This document shows positions 1 to 10,000 of a stretch of 59,910 nt of DNA, piece by piece (positions within the stretch are counted from its first letter, which is position 1; every line of letters starts with the position of its first letter). Position numbers and translations under genes: made by a program. The stretch comes from Myxococcota bacterium (GTDB lineage: Bacteria > Myxococcota_A > SURF-8 > G963663525): contig CAXXVK010000029.1 of the NCBI GenBank assembly GCA_963676915.2, positions 1-59,910 on the forward strand, given 5' to 3'. The notes beneath the pieces are model-generated. The model did not search any database. It was not told the origin of the DNA and saw only the letters and a list, made by a program, of their open reading frames with translations.

Positions 1-1040
1 TCGTAGAGGAAGCCACCTCGAACGGCCAGGTGATCGTCGTAGAATTTGTATTCACAGCCTAGACGGACCTGAATGGCGTCGTGGTAGTCTTTGACTTCCG
101 TCTGTTTGGTCAGCACTTTGTCCGGGCCGAGAACCAAGCCTTTATCGAATTCGAAGACCAGTTTGTCATACACGGACCAGACCGTGTACCAGGCATCCAA
201 TTCAACCGAAAAGCCATCGAACGGCCAGAAGCGGACACCTGCCGAGATGAGGTGTGGTAGGTCGATGTCGGCGTCGAAGTTTTGATCCGGGAATCGCGGC
301 TCGAATTGGGGAACCACCGTGAAATCCGCTTTGCCGCCGGTCATTTTCATGTTGATCGTCGAGCGATAGGCTGCTCCGACGCGCACCCATTCCGTCGGTT
401 GGTACATCAGGCCGACGTTGCCGCCGAATCCCCAGGCCGAGCCGACGAGCCGCATACGGTTCTGGATATCTTCCGAGCCGGACGGATTCAGTCCGAGGGT
501 CAACGAACGTTTGATATCGACCTGTCCCCATTTCGCATCGAATCCCACGGCGACCACGAAACCTTTGAAGGGTCCGAAAGCCACGTTGGGATTGAATGTG
601 AACGAGTTCAGCCCCGAACGCTGCACCAGATGGTCGCCTTCCCATTCGTCGGGCCAGGTGGTACTCAGACCAAATTCGGTGAACTCCGCGAATCCCACGG
701 CGAGCCAGTCGTTGATTTTCCACGAGGAGAAGAAATGCGGGACGAAAATCGGGTCGCTACCTACGTCTTCCTTCTTTCCGTAAGCCGGATCGATGGACCC
801 GGTGGGAATGTAGGTTGTTCCGGCGAGTTCGAAGTGCATTCCGGGAATAAAGGCAATGTTCGCGGCATTCTGGAAGGCGTTGGAGGGTTTATCTCCTGCC
901 GCCACAACGGCTCCGGCTTGCGCCATACCGGAGCCGGACATTTCTTGAATGAAGAAGCCGTTGGCCCACGCGGAGCCGGTAAAACAGACCATGCACAAGC
1001 AGAGGGTCACGATGCGTACGGTGTGAAAACGTGCGTTCAT
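1..1040 (-). CDS. fadL: Outer-membrane long-chain fatty acid transporter, FadL/OmpP1 family (3' end runs off the window; absent from the ORF track)
   Basis: Manual translation from ATG at 1040 (RBS AGGAGG upstream): signal peptide ...SAWA, then NGFFIQEMSGSGMAQAGAVVAAGDKPSNAFQNAANIAF (FadL hatch, NPA-like motif), FTEFGLSTTWPDEW and FNPNVAF, all typical of FadL. Confidence 0.85.
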   Translation of the reverse strand, partial: MNARFHTVRIVTLCLCMVCFTGSAWANGFFIQEMSGSGMAQAGAVVAAGDKPSNAFQNAANIAFIPGMHFELAGTTYIPTGSIDPAYGKKEDVGSDPIFVPHFFSSWKINDWLAVGFAEFTEFGLSTTWPDEWEGDHLVQRSGLNSFTFNPNVAFGPFKGFVVAVGFDAKWGQVDIKRSLTLGLNPSGSEDIQNRMRLVGSAWGFGGNVGLMYQPTEWVRVGAAYRSTINMKMTGGKADFTVVPQFEPRFPDQNFDADIDLPHLISAGVRFWPFDGFSVELDAWYTVWSVYDKLVFEFDKGLVLGPDKVLTKQTEVKDYHDAIQVRLGCEYKFYDDHLAVRGGFLY

Positions 1041-1050
1041 GATGTACCTC

Positions 1051-2742
1051 CTACTTTCCACAGGTGCCAGTCGTAAATGTCCAGAACATCACCAGATCCT
1101 CCCTTTCGGCAAGAAATCCGTTCTCCACAAGGGCGTCGATGCTGTCCGCGTAATGCAGTCGGAATTGCTCCAGAGCGCTCAACACGCCTGAAAGCGTTGC
1201 CGTGGCTTCCGCAAGGTTGCCGGTGGAAAGTTGGTTCATATCCTGGATATCCGAGCCTAACGGGTTGTTTTTCAACAGAAACAGGGCATCCATTCGGCTG
1301 TCGAGGTTGGGAGAAAGCCACATGCCGGTTTCGTCTACCAGCGGAGTATCCACGCGGGTCAAACCGAAATAGGTTTGGTCGCCCGCCGGAAGACCGGTTT
1401 CTTTATCCAAAAGACCGTGGTTGGCTGCCACGACGTATTCGCTCTCAGCGTCGAGAGCCGCATCCGGCGTGAGCGTGATTTTCACCACGCCGTCCTCTGT
1501 CGAAAGGGCGGGCGTAGCTGCCGTTTCGGTCAGGCCATCGGTTGTTTTCTTGTAAAGTTTCACCGTCTCCGATGTGACCGTATCTTCTTGAATTTCCCTG
1601 GAAAGTTCGAATTCGATCTGCGGGCTGCAATCTGCATCGGCAAGATCGAATGCATACGTGACGTTCTCCGGGTCGGTCAGGTCGGCTTTCACGCCGTCGG
1701 AAGGCTGCGGAGCGAGGTTGTACGCGCCACCCAGCGTATCCAGAGGATTGAGAACGAAGTAGGTTGGCATCGGATTTTTTGCCACGCTGAAGTGGAAGGC
1801 TGTTACGACTTCATTGCGCTTGTGGGTGTTGCCGACGAGCGATTCCCAAAGCGTCAAACCGTAATCGGTGATCTGGCGTGCTCCCTCGGCGGTTTGAATC
1901 TCTTCCTTCGATCCCAACACGTTGTTTCGGGATGATCCATCCGGGGCGATGTACGCCAAGCCTTCATCCACGTAGCGATCTTCTTCGGCGAAGACCAGGA
2001 AGAAGGGATCGGGTTGGAAAGGCGTTCCTTCGGAGGATTTCAGTCCACTGTCATTAAATCCTGTAATTACGATTAGATAGCTGCGCCCCTGCGGGAAGTC
2101 CAAGGTTACTTCGCCGAACATCAGGTCTTCCGTTGTAAGGCGTAGTGACAGATAGTAAGGCATGCTTTCGGAAAGTCGGAAGTTGAATACTCTCAGGTAC
2201 TTGGCAGGATCGACCGCCACAGGCGCGGAAGGGTCGGTGATGTCGAGGAAGAAAAAGTTAGCTTCCTGGGTGTTGGAGCCATCGAAAGGCACCAGCGAAT
2301 CCAGGTCGATTTTCTTCGACAGCGGAATTTCCGGTACGAAATTGACCTGGAATCCGTCCAGCCGGTTCATGCCTTTTTTCAACGCCAGCGTCAGGTCACT
2401 GTCCGCGACGACGTTGTATGGCTCGGCGGTGTATCCGAGATCTGCCGCAACGGCTACCGCATCGGCGTCCACCACCGGCAAGGCAACGGTGGTCGGGATG
2501 GATTCGGGGACCGGAACCCCCGGAATCGAGACATATCCGGCTTGTTGTGCCGGATTGAGCAGATTGTTGGGAAGAGGCAAGACGCCCCAGTCGGCGTTAT
2601 AAATGGCGATGGGGTCCGTTTCGTAGCCGAACGCCTGTGGATCTTCAAGGGACAGATCCGTGCAACCGCACAACGAGAGCATCCACCACGTAATTCCCGC
2701 CGCAAAGACCGGCAAGACCAGCGGTTTGAATGAAAGACGCAT
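1051..2742 (-). CDS. Lipoprotein with Pla-1/VolA lipase N-terminal-like region and Ig-like (Big_5-type) domain
   Basis: Lipobox LSLCGC; motifs LPLPNNLL and MNRLDGF resemble the bacterial virulence lipase N-terminal domain; ITLTPDAALDAESEYVV resembles Big_5; ends 10 bp upstream of fadL. Confidence 0.6.
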   Translation of the reverse strand: MRLSFKPLVLPVFAAGITWWMLSLCGCTDLSLEDPQAFGYETDPIAIYNADWGVLPLPNNLLNPAQQAGYVSIPGVPVPESIPTTVALPVVDADAVAVAADLGYTAEPYNVVADSDLTLALKKGMNRLDGFQVNFVPEIPLSKKIDLDSLVPFDGSNTQEANFFFLDITDPSAPVAVDPAKYLRVFNFRLSESMPYYLSLRLTTEDLMFGEVTLDFPQGRSYLIVITGFNDSGLKSSEGTPFQPDPFFLVFAEEDRYVDEGLAYIAPDGSSRNNVLGSKEEIQTAEGARQITDYGLTLWESLVGNTHKRNEVVTAFHFSVAKNPMPTYFVLNPLDTLGGAYNLAPQPSDGVKADLTDPENVTYAFDLADADCSPQIEFELSREIQEDTVTSETVKLYKKTTDGLTETAATPALSTEDGVVKITLTPDAALDAESEYVVAANHGLLDKETGLPAGDQTYFGLTRVDTPLVDETGMWLSPNLDSRMDALFLLKNNPLGSDIQDMNQLSTGNLAEATATLSGVLSALEQFRLHYADSIDALVENGFLAEREDLVMFWTFTTGTCGK

Positions 2743-2971
2743 CGTATCTCCTTTCGAGGCGAAAAACGTTGGAATAAGGGTGTCGAACCCCTTGTTGCCT
2801 GAAATGATCGAAATGGTGACGAACTAACGTTTCAGGATTGTACCATAAAAAAACCGGTACAACTCCGCAATGTTTTGTTTTGGTTAAAATTGTAGATATG
2901 TGAAAGAAAATCTCGCGTAGGTCGGGCAAATTTCTTGCCCGACAATATAGAAGAGTTTTTTCGACAACGAT

Positions 2972-3104
2972 GGAGCAGGATTGTATCCTGGTCCAAACGT
3001 TTATGATTACAGCACCTCGGTCGTAAATGGGTTGTGTCGGTATTCCTAAAAACACGTATGACAACAAAATTCAAAACATGAGGAGCAGGATACAATCCTG
3101 CTCC
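2972..3104. repeat. Pair of REP-like palindromes in inverted orientation
   Basis: GGAGCAGGATTGTATCCTGGTCC (2972-2994) and GGAGCAGGATACAATCCTGCTCC (3082-3104); the second is the reverse complement of the first with one mismatch. Confidence 0.6.
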
Positions 3105-3155
3105 ATCTCCATCTCATCGGGAATATGACAGGAGCCATGTTCCAACAAAAGAGCG

Positions 3156-3201
3156 AAAAAAAAGCGCAGATTGGATTGAAAGTAACCAACCTGCGCTTTT
3201 T
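3156..3201 (-). terminator. Rho-independent terminator downstream of sulP
   Basis: AAAAAGCGCAGATTGG...CCAACCTGCGCTTTTT stem flanked by A/T runs, just after the sulP stop. Confidence 0.6.
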
Positions 3202-3218
3202 ATTTCGAGATATGCAGA

Positions 3219-5804
3219 CTATTTCTTTTCCCAGTGAGCCTGTTGAATCTTCTTGGTCAACTCCTCGATATCGCTGGGCTTTAAGACGTAATCGTAGGCT
3301 CCGTGCTTCATGGCCTCCACGGCAGAATCCACCGTTCCGTGACCCGTCAGCAGAATGATTGCCAACTCCGGTCGGATTTCCTTCATATGGATCAGCACAT
3401 CCTCGCCGCGTTCCTCACCCAAACGAAGATCGAGTACGACAGCGTCGTATTCATTGTCGTGTACCATTTGCAACGCTTCTTGGCCCGTGTGGCAGCCATC
3501 GGCACGAATTCCACGCCGTACCAGACGTTTGGACATCGTCGAAACCAGTTCGCGTTCGTCGTCCACGAGCAGTACGCGGATTTCCGCATCGCTGATTTCT
3601 TCTTCGGTGGGAACCACGTGCTTCAACGGGCAGGTTTTCTCGTCGCTTCCTTCGTGTACGATAGGCCAGATGGCTTCGACAGCCTGGGTTACGGTCATGA
3701 ATACGTGGTCCTCGCCGATTCTCTCGAACAGGTGCGAGCGGTGAAGTGCGTCTACCACACGTTCGTTCAATCCGGCGAAATAGACATCGTAGCCACCGGA
3801 ACGAAGGCGCTCGATCAGTAGAGAAAGCGTGTCTTCACCAGAGGCGTCGATTTCCGTGATGCCGTCGGCTTTGAAGAGAATCGCTTTCAATTCCGGCATC
3901 GCTCGGACGCGGTCTAAGACTTCATCTTCGAGATAGCTCGAATTGGCGAAGAAAAGAGGACCATCGAAACGGATCACGGCCAGATGTTTGCATTGCTGTA
4001 ATTTCAAACGCTTGGCGTTGTGCAGGTGACCGTCTTTCCAAAGCGACAACTCCGCAACGACCGGTTTCATTTTGCCGTATAGGAAAATACCCACCGACAG
4101 CAACACGCCAATCATGATGCCTTTGTCGAGGTGGGGAGCGAAAGCCAGCGTCGCCGCGAAAGAAACAATGCTGATGATGCCATCGCTACGCTTGACTTTG
4201 TAAGCGTGCACGACGCCTTTGAAATTGATAAGTCCGATCACGGCCATCATGATGACGGCGGCAAGCACCGATTGCGGCAGATAATACAGAACCGGCGTGA
4301 AAAACAGTAGCACGATGACGACAAGTCCGCTGGTAAACACGCTGGACAAACCGGTTACGGCTCCGGCCTGGATGTTTACGGCGGAACGTGAAAACGAACC
4401 CGATGCAGCGTAACTTTGTCCACAAGAACCCAAAATGTTCGCGATACCCTGACCGATCAGTTCCTGGTTGGGATCGAGGCGTTGGCCGGTGCGGGCCGCC
4501 ATGGCTTTGGCAATCGAAATCGCTTCCATGAACCCGAGAAGGGAAATGATGATAGCGGCGGCGAAAAGCCTTCCAGCTACCGACGAATCCCATTTGGGCA
4601 AAGACAATTTCGGCAGGCCGCTGGGGACTTTACCGACAACCGCACCACCGCCGATGAACGTAAGGTTTTCGAGATCAAGTGGTTTGTTGCCGACCTTCAA
4701 CCGCCAGATCGGAACGTTGTCTTTGTCCGAGCCGAGAAGGGCGAAGCGTACGTTTCCACCATCTTCGGTACGTTTGAACTCCAGACCTCGTAACTCGGCT
4801 CTTAAATCCGAAGCTTTTTCTTTGAGTTGTCCGACCTGTTTGTCCAGCAATCCGGCCATGGCATGGAGTTGCATGGCGGTTTTCGGCAATACCGTTTCCT
4901 CGAAACCGACGGGTTTGTCCGATCGCAGCATTTCCAAGTCAACGTCGTGTCGAGCGTGGCAAGTCATGCACACTTGCTTGTTGTTGGCAAGGTCCAGTTT
5001 GTCAACTTGTGGGCTGATAATGGCTCGTGCTTCGGAGGCCAACTCGATGTCGGCGATATCCTTGTTGAAAACACGGATTTTTTCTTGGATTTCGGGGGAT
5101 GAAATCCGACCGATACCGACGTTCTTGTTGTTCTCCAGTCCGATGGCCCAGGAAATGATGGTCGTTAGCGCCACGGCTGCCAGGACGTAAGGAATCTTCG
5201 GGTTGATCTTCTTTAATATGATCATTGTGGCGAAAGCCAATACCCCTAAGAATAGTGTTGGCCAGTGTGTGAAGTGCCAGGCTGCGACGATCACTCGCCA
5301 GATGGTTTCATAATGGTGCTCGGCTTTATCGACTGAAACGCCAAACATTTTCGATAGTTGGCTTGTCGCAATGATAATGGCCGCAGCGTTCGTGAAGCCG
5401 ATCACCACCGGATGTGAAAGGAAATTGACCACGATTCCCAGTCGTAGAATACCCAAAGAAAGCTGGAAGAGACCGACAAGCAATGCCAGGAGGATGGCAT
5501 AGGCGATATAAGCTTCTCCTCCGGCTGTAGCCAATGGTTCCAGAGTTGCCGCCGTCATGAGCGAGACGACTGCCACCGGTCCGGTAGCCAACTGGCGGCT
5601 CGATCCGAACAGCGCCGCGACCATGGGTGGAAGGAACGAAGCATAAAGACCATAGTAAGCGGGAAGACCGGCCAATTGGGCATAGGCCATGGATTGTGGA
5701 ATGAGAACCAGAGCGACGGTCAGACCTGAAATAAAGTCGGCACGTAGCGAGTTGACGTTGTAGCCTTTGAACCAGTCAAGGAAGGGAAAAATTCTCGATA
5801 GCAT
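3219..5804 (-). CDS. sulP: SulP/SLC26 anion transporter with CxxCH-containing insert, STAS domain and C-terminal receiver domain
   Basis: DFISGLTVALVLIPQSMAYAQLAGLP, GSSRQLATGPVA, NQELIGQG and GSFSRSA SulP motifs; STAS RFDGPLFFANS...IDASG; REC VLLVDDE...VLDLRL...LTGHG...KP; start taken at MLSRIF (5804). Confidence 0.93.
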   Translation of the reverse strand: MLSRIFPFLDWFKGYNVNSLRADFISGLTVALVLIPQSMAYAQLAGLPAYYGLYASFLPPMVAALFGSSRQLATGPVAVVSLMTAATLEPLATAGGEAYIAYAILLALLVGLFQLSLGILRLGIVVNFLSHPVVIGFTNAAAIIIATSQLSKMFGVSVDKAEHHYETIWRVIVAAWHFTHWPTLFLGVLAFATMIILKKINPKIPYVLAAVALTTIISWAIGLENNKNVGIGRISSPEIQEKIRVFNKDIADIELASEARAIISPQVDKLDLANNKQVCMTCHARHDVDLEMLRSDKPVGFEETVLPKTAMQLHAMAGLLDKQVGQLKEKASDLRAELRGLEFKRTEDGGNVRFALLGSDKDNVPIWRLKVGNKPLDLENLTFIGGGAVVGKVPSGLPKLSLPKWDSSVAGRLFAAAIIISLLGFMEAISIAKAMAARTGQRLDPNQELIGQGIANILGSCGQSYAASGSFSRSAVNIQAGAVTGLSSVFTSGLVVIVLLFFTPVLYYLPQSVLAAVIMMAVIGLINFKGVVHAYKVKRSDGIISIVSFAATLAFAPHLDKGIMIGVLLSVGIFLYGKMKPVVAELSLWKDGHLHNAKRLKLQQCKHLAVIRFDGPLFFANSSYLEDEVLDRVRAMPELKAILFKADGITEIDASGEDTLSLLIERLRSGGYDVYFAGLNERVVDALHRSHLFERIGEDHVFMTVTQAVEAIWPIVHEGSDEKTCPLKHVVPTEEEISDAEIRVLLVDDERELVSTMSKRLVRRGIRADGCHTGQEALQMVHDNEYDAVVLDLRLGEERGEDVLIHMKEIRPELAIILLTGHGTVDSAVEAMKHGAYDYVLKPSDIEELTKKIQQAHWEKK

Positions 5805-5951
5805 ACTTCTCGATCCTTGTATGTAGTTGTTAATCGTTCTGAAAAATTCTGACACCGGCAAAAAAGTTGTGGTACTATATCATAATAATAGGCTATGAAA
5901 AGAAGATTGTTGAAGAACTTTACCAATGAAGGAAAGCAAAAGGGAAATGCC

Positions 5952-7163
5952 ATGGCGATTGTTACCATTTTCAGTTCCGCGTTTTCACAGGCAGACGACA
6001 TTTCCGAACAAGTTGCGCAACGAACCGGATGGGAGAAGATCGACGGCACATTGCTGAAAAACGTATCGAAGCGTTTTGGAGTCGAGGAACAACGCTTGAT
6101 CCGAGCCATGGAAGGTCCGTCGTTTTTATTCAACAAGTTTACACATCAGCGTGAAAAATACTTGGCGCAGATCAAACTCGTTCTGGCAGAAATGCTCCAA
6201 GATGGACAGGTGCTTCACGGATTCGCTTCTCAAATGGTTCCTCGGGACATCAGCCACGTCTTGCGGGTATGTATCGTCAGCGACCCGGAATATCGGGCGT
6301 CCCAGTTGAAAAAAGACGGAAATTCACACCCGACTCGCACGGTTCAGGAAGAAGACCTGAAACGCGCGCAATGGACGCAAAAGTTGTTTGGAGCGCAACC
6401 CTGGGATCAAACGCTCTACGATCTCAAGATTCCGGTCAACGAAACCGGTATGGACAAAGCCGTGGATCTGATCGTCGAAAACGCCTCAAAAGAGATGATG
6501 TCTCCTTCAGAGGCTTCCCGGAAAGCGCTCGAAGATTTTCTCGTGGCCGCCAAGGGGGAAATGGCGCTTGTCGAAGCCGGTCATTATCACACCGTTTCGT
6601 GCCAAAACGGAATCCTTACCGTTATGGTCGACGAATACGTCATGCGGCTGGAAAAGCTGGAAAGCGAATTCAAGAAAATCCTCTCGAACGTGGAAGGAGC
6701 CAAAGACGTGACAGTCAAAACCGGTCCCAACTATCGTCCGACCTCGGTATTCGCTAACGTAGAATTTGAACTGCCCGAGAAAGTCCTGTTGGTCGATGAT
6801 GAAAAAGACTTCGTTCTGACGCTTTCCGAGCGCTTGCAGATGCGGGATCTTGACCCAGCCATCGCCTACAGCGGCGAGGAAGCCCTGAATCTGCTCAAAG
6901 AAGAGGAAGAACCGGAAGTAATGGTGCTTGACCTCAAAATGCCCGGAATCGACGGTATCGAAGTTCTTCGCCGCGTGAAGGCGGAGCACCCGGAGGTGGA
7001 AGTCATCGTTCTGACGGGCCACGGCAGCGAGAAAGACAAAGAATTGTGTATGGATCTCGGAGCTTTCGGGTATCTGGAAAAACCGGTGGATATCGCCGTG
7101 CTTTCCGACACCATGAAACGGGCGAAGGAAGCGTTGAAAGCGAAAAGAGAAGGCAAAGAATAA
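5952..7163 (+). CDS. Response regulator with N-terminal cytidylate-kinase-like domain and C-terminal receiver domain
   Basis: N-term MAIVTIFSSAFSQADDISEQVAQRTG...HVLRVCIV...YDLKI (cytidylate kinase-like family); C-term VLLVDDE..VLDLKMPGIDG..LTGHG..KP. Confidence 0.85.
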   Translation: MAIVTIFSSAFSQADDISEQVAQRTGWEKIDGTLLKNVSKRFGVEEQRLIRAMEGPSFLFNKFTHQREKYLAQIKLVLAEMLQDGQVLHGFASQMVPRDISHVLRVCIVSDPEYRASQLKKDGNSHPTRTVQEEDLKRAQWTQKLFGAQPWDQTLYDLKIPVNETGMDKAVDLIVENASKEMMSPSEASRKALEDFLVAAKGEMALVEAGHYHTVSCQNGILTVMVDEYVMRLEKLESEFKKILSNVEGAKDVTVKTGPNYRPTSVFANVEFELPEKVLLVDDEKDFVLTLSERLQMRDLDPAIAYSGEEALNLLKEEEEPEVMVLDLKMPGIDGIEVLRRVKAEHPEVEVIVLTGHGSEKDKELCMDLGAFGYLEKPVDIAVLSDTMKRAKEALKAKREGKE

Positions 7164-7188
7164 CGAAACGAAAATCAGGGAGTCCGAT

Positions 7189-8895
7189 TTGGGACGATTG
7201 TTAGCAAAATTCTTTTTCGTTGATGATCCAGACGTAGAAAATGAGGGGTCTTCTTCACGGTATCGCAGAATGTGGCGAAACACCGTTTTTGCCGTGGCAG
7301 CGGTGTGTATCATTCCGCTGCTGACGATCACAACGATCAACTATTATCTCTATCAACAGTCATTTCAGAAGGAAATTACCCAGCCGATTCAGCGGATTAC
7401 AGCCATCACCAAGCGGTCTTTGGAATCATTCCTGGAAGAACGTATCTCGGCAGCAAAATACGTGGTGTCCCGCGAACGTCCCGAGGACTTGTTCGACTCC
7501 GAAAAACTGGCGGGAATTTTCAAAAGAATGCGGCAGTCCTTTGGTGGGATCGTGGATATCGGTGTCGTCGATTCCGAAGGGATTATGCAGACTTACGTTG
7601 GCCCTTATGAACTGCACGGCAAGAATTACCAGGATCAGGACTGGTTTACCAAATCCCTTGTACGGGATGTTTATGTTTCCGACGTGTTTCTTGGGCACCG
7701 AAAGGTTCCACACTTCATCATTGCAATCAAACGCGATGGCGAGAAAGGCGAGCCGCTGATCTTTCGGGCGACCGTCGATATCGAGGGGATGGTTCGGCAG
7801 ATTCAAGTAGCCGGTTTGAAACGCTATAGCGATGCGGTTCTCATCAACAGGGATGGACTGCTGCAAACACCGTCGAGGCTTTGCGGTTCCGATCTCGTGC
7901 CGTTTAGCGGGGAAGTGCCTCCTTATAGTGAAGGAACGCAATTATTCGAGGATATGAAAATAAAGGACCGTACCTATTTCATGGGGTCGGCCTATATCGA
8001 GAAATCCCCGTTCATTTTCATTATTCTGGTCGAGAAAAAAGGCCTGATGGCAGGATGGCTGGCATACCAGGGAGAAATGCTTGGGATTCTTATCGCCAGT
8101 GTTTTGGCGATTATGCTGCTGATCATGCGGATCACCAACCGGTGGATTATGCGTATTCGCGAAGCGGATCTTCGCCGGGAAGCCACCCTACATAATGTAG
8201 AGCACACCAACCGGATGGCATCTATCGGACGTCTGGCGGCCGGTGTCGCACACGAAATCAACAATCCGCTGGCGATCATCAATGAAAAAGCGGGGTTGAT
8301 CAACGACATCCTCGACTATTCGGGCGATATTCCGCAGAAGGACAAGCTATCCAAACAGACCGATACGATCATCAAGTCCGTCAATCGTTGCAGCGATATT
8401 ACGCATCGGTTGCTTGGATTCGCCCGACATATGGATGTAAAGCACGAACCGGTTGCGATCGACTCGCTGATTCGGGATGTTTTGGGTTTCCTCGAAAAAG
8501 AGGCGATGTATCGGGATATCCAGGTCGATATGCAGGTAACGGAAGCTCTCCACACGATTCACAGCGACAAAGGGCAGTTGCAGCAGTTGTTTCTGAATCT
8601 GATCAACAATGCCTTCGACGCCATGAAAAAAGGTGGACGGCTGCTGATATCCATCGAGAATCGGCCTTTGGAATGCGTTTCGATCACAATCAAAGACGAT
8701 GGGGTTGGGATTCCGAAAGACGATATGGAGAAGATTTTCGAGCCGTTTTTCACCACGAAGAAAAACAAGGGGACCGGGTTGGGGTTGTCGATTACCTACG
8801 GAATCGTCAAGAAACTCCGGGGTACGATTTCGGTTGAAAGTGAAATCGGAAAAGGAACTAGTTTTATCGTTACTCTGCCCGTGAATCGGCCTTAG
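7189..8895 (+). CDS. Membrane sensor histidine kinase (Cache sensor, HisKA, HATPase)
   Basis: Two TM segments; YQDQDWF..VSDVFLGHR Cache motif; H-box LAAGVAHEINNPL; N box NLINNAFDA; G boxes DDGVGI, PFFTTK, GTGLGL. Confidence 0.95.
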   Translation: MGRLLAKFFFVDDPDVENEGSSSRYRRMWRNTVFAVAAVCIIPLLTITTINYYLYQQSFQKEITQPIQRITAITKRSLESFLEERISAAKYVVSRERPEDLFDSEKLAGIFKRMRQSFGGIVDIGVVDSEGIMQTYVGPYELHGKNYQDQDWFTKSLVRDVYVSDVFLGHRKVPHFIIAIKRDGEKGEPLIFRATVDIEGMVRQIQVAGLKRYSDAVLINRDGLLQTPSRLCGSDLVPFSGEVPPYSEGTQLFEDMKIKDRTYFMGSAYIEKSPFIFIILVEKKGLMAGWLAYQGEMLGILIASVLAIMLLIMRITNRWIMRIREADLRREATLHNVEHTNRMASIGRLAAGVAHEINNPLAIINEKAGLINDILDYSGDIPQKDKLSKQTDTIIKSVNRCSDITHRLLGFARHMDVKHEPVAIDSLIRDVLGFLEKEAMYRDIQVDMQVTEALHTIHSDKGQLQQLFLNLINNAFDAMKKGGRLLISIENRPLECVSITIKDDGVGIPKDDMEKIFEPFFTTKKNKGTGLGLSITYGIVKKLRGTISVESEIGKGTSFIVTLPVNRP

Positions 8896-8911
8896 CTAGA
8901 AAGAGATAAGA

Positions 8912-9298
8912 ATGAAAGAGGATTTGAAAGTCCTGATTGTGGATGATGAGCACGATCTTGTTTCCACGCTCGTGGAACGGCTGGAAATCCGGGGTGTCGA
9001 TGCGACGGGAGTCTGTTCCGGTACGCAGGCCATCGAACAGGTTGAGAACGATGATTTCGACGTGGTGGTGCTCGATGTGAAGCTCAAGGGGGAAGACGGC
9101 GTCGAGATCATGAAGCAGATCAAGGAGATAAAGCCGACCTTGCCGGTCCTTCTACTGACGGGGCACATGTCTCCCGAAACGAGTGAAGAAGGCTTTAAGG
9201 CCGGGGCGATCGACTACCTGCTCAAGCCGATCAACCTGAACGATCTGATGACGAAAATGCGCGAAGCGATGGCATTGTACAAGAAAAATCGAGACTGA
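8912..9298 (+). CDS. Single-domain response regulator (REC)
   Basis: VLIVDDE, VLDVKL, LTGH and KP motifs. Confidence 0.92.
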   Translation: MKEDLKVLIVDDEHDLVSTLVERLEIRGVDATGVCSGTQAIEQVENDDFDVVVLDVKLKGEDGVEIMKQIKEIKPTLPVLLLTGHMSPETSEEGFKAGAIDYLLKPINLNDLMTKMREAMALYKKNRD

Positions 9299-9981
9299 TG
9301 GACGACACGACAAACGCGAGTGAACGACGACGTTTGAACGATCTTTTCTTTTTCGGAAAGATCATGGCGAACGTTTCCCATGAATTCAACAACGTACTTA
9401 CCGTAATCACCGAACTTTCAGGACTGCTGGAGGATCTGTCTCTTCTTGCCGAACGGGGCAGGCCGATATCTCCCGAGAAATTGCAGATGATCACACGGAA
9501 ATTTTCTCAGCATCTGGCGCGTGGCAAGGAACTGATCACCAACATGAATCGTTTCTCGCACAGCGTGGATACTCCCCGTGCATCGCTGGACCTGAAAGAC
9601 GTGGTGAAAAACATGCAGGTGCTGATCCAGCGCCTGGTGGATCGTCGGCAGGCTACGTTGGAGTGTAGCTATTCCGAAAACGGAACGGACGTGACGACAG
9701 ACCCGTTTGCCGTTCGTCACGCACTTTTCGCTTGCTTTGAATGGATGATGAAGGCATCATCTCCGACACCCGCGTACAAGATCGAACTGATTTCGGGTGA
9801 GCGCGGGGCCGATATCGTGTTTTCCTGCCATTCCGAATTCGGTTCCGTCGAAAACGGACAAGAGTGGTCGGAGATGGTTGAAACGGTGGAAAGCTTTGGT
9901 GGAAGGGTCGAACTCGACCATCGCGACCAAGGTGTTTTTGTAAAAATCGCCGTCCCGAAAGATCCGGGCGAGGATGCCTGA
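9298..9981 (+). CDS. Histidine-kinase-like protein (HisKA with degenerate ATPase domain), possible phosphotransferase
   Basis: H-box GKIMANVSHEFNNVL present; no N/G1/G2 boxes recognisable; start overlaps the upstream stop. Confidence 0.75.
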   Translation: MDDTTNASERRRLNDLFFFGKIMANVSHEFNNVLTVITELSGLLEDLSLLAERGRPISPEKLQMITRKFSQHLARGKELITNMNRFSHSVDTPRASLDLKDVVKNMQVLIQRLVDRRQATLECSYSENGTDVTTDPFAVRHALFACFEWMMKASSPTPAYKIELISGERGADIVFSCHSEFGSVENGQEWSEMVETVESFGGRVELDHRDQGVFVKIAVPKDPGEDA

Positions 9982-10000
9982 TTAGGAAAGGATGATTGTT

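Noticed and set aside
91-1076. Listed ORFs 91-285, 202-723, 282-1076 and 418-783
   Set aside because: They are shadow frames of the fadL gene on the minus strand.
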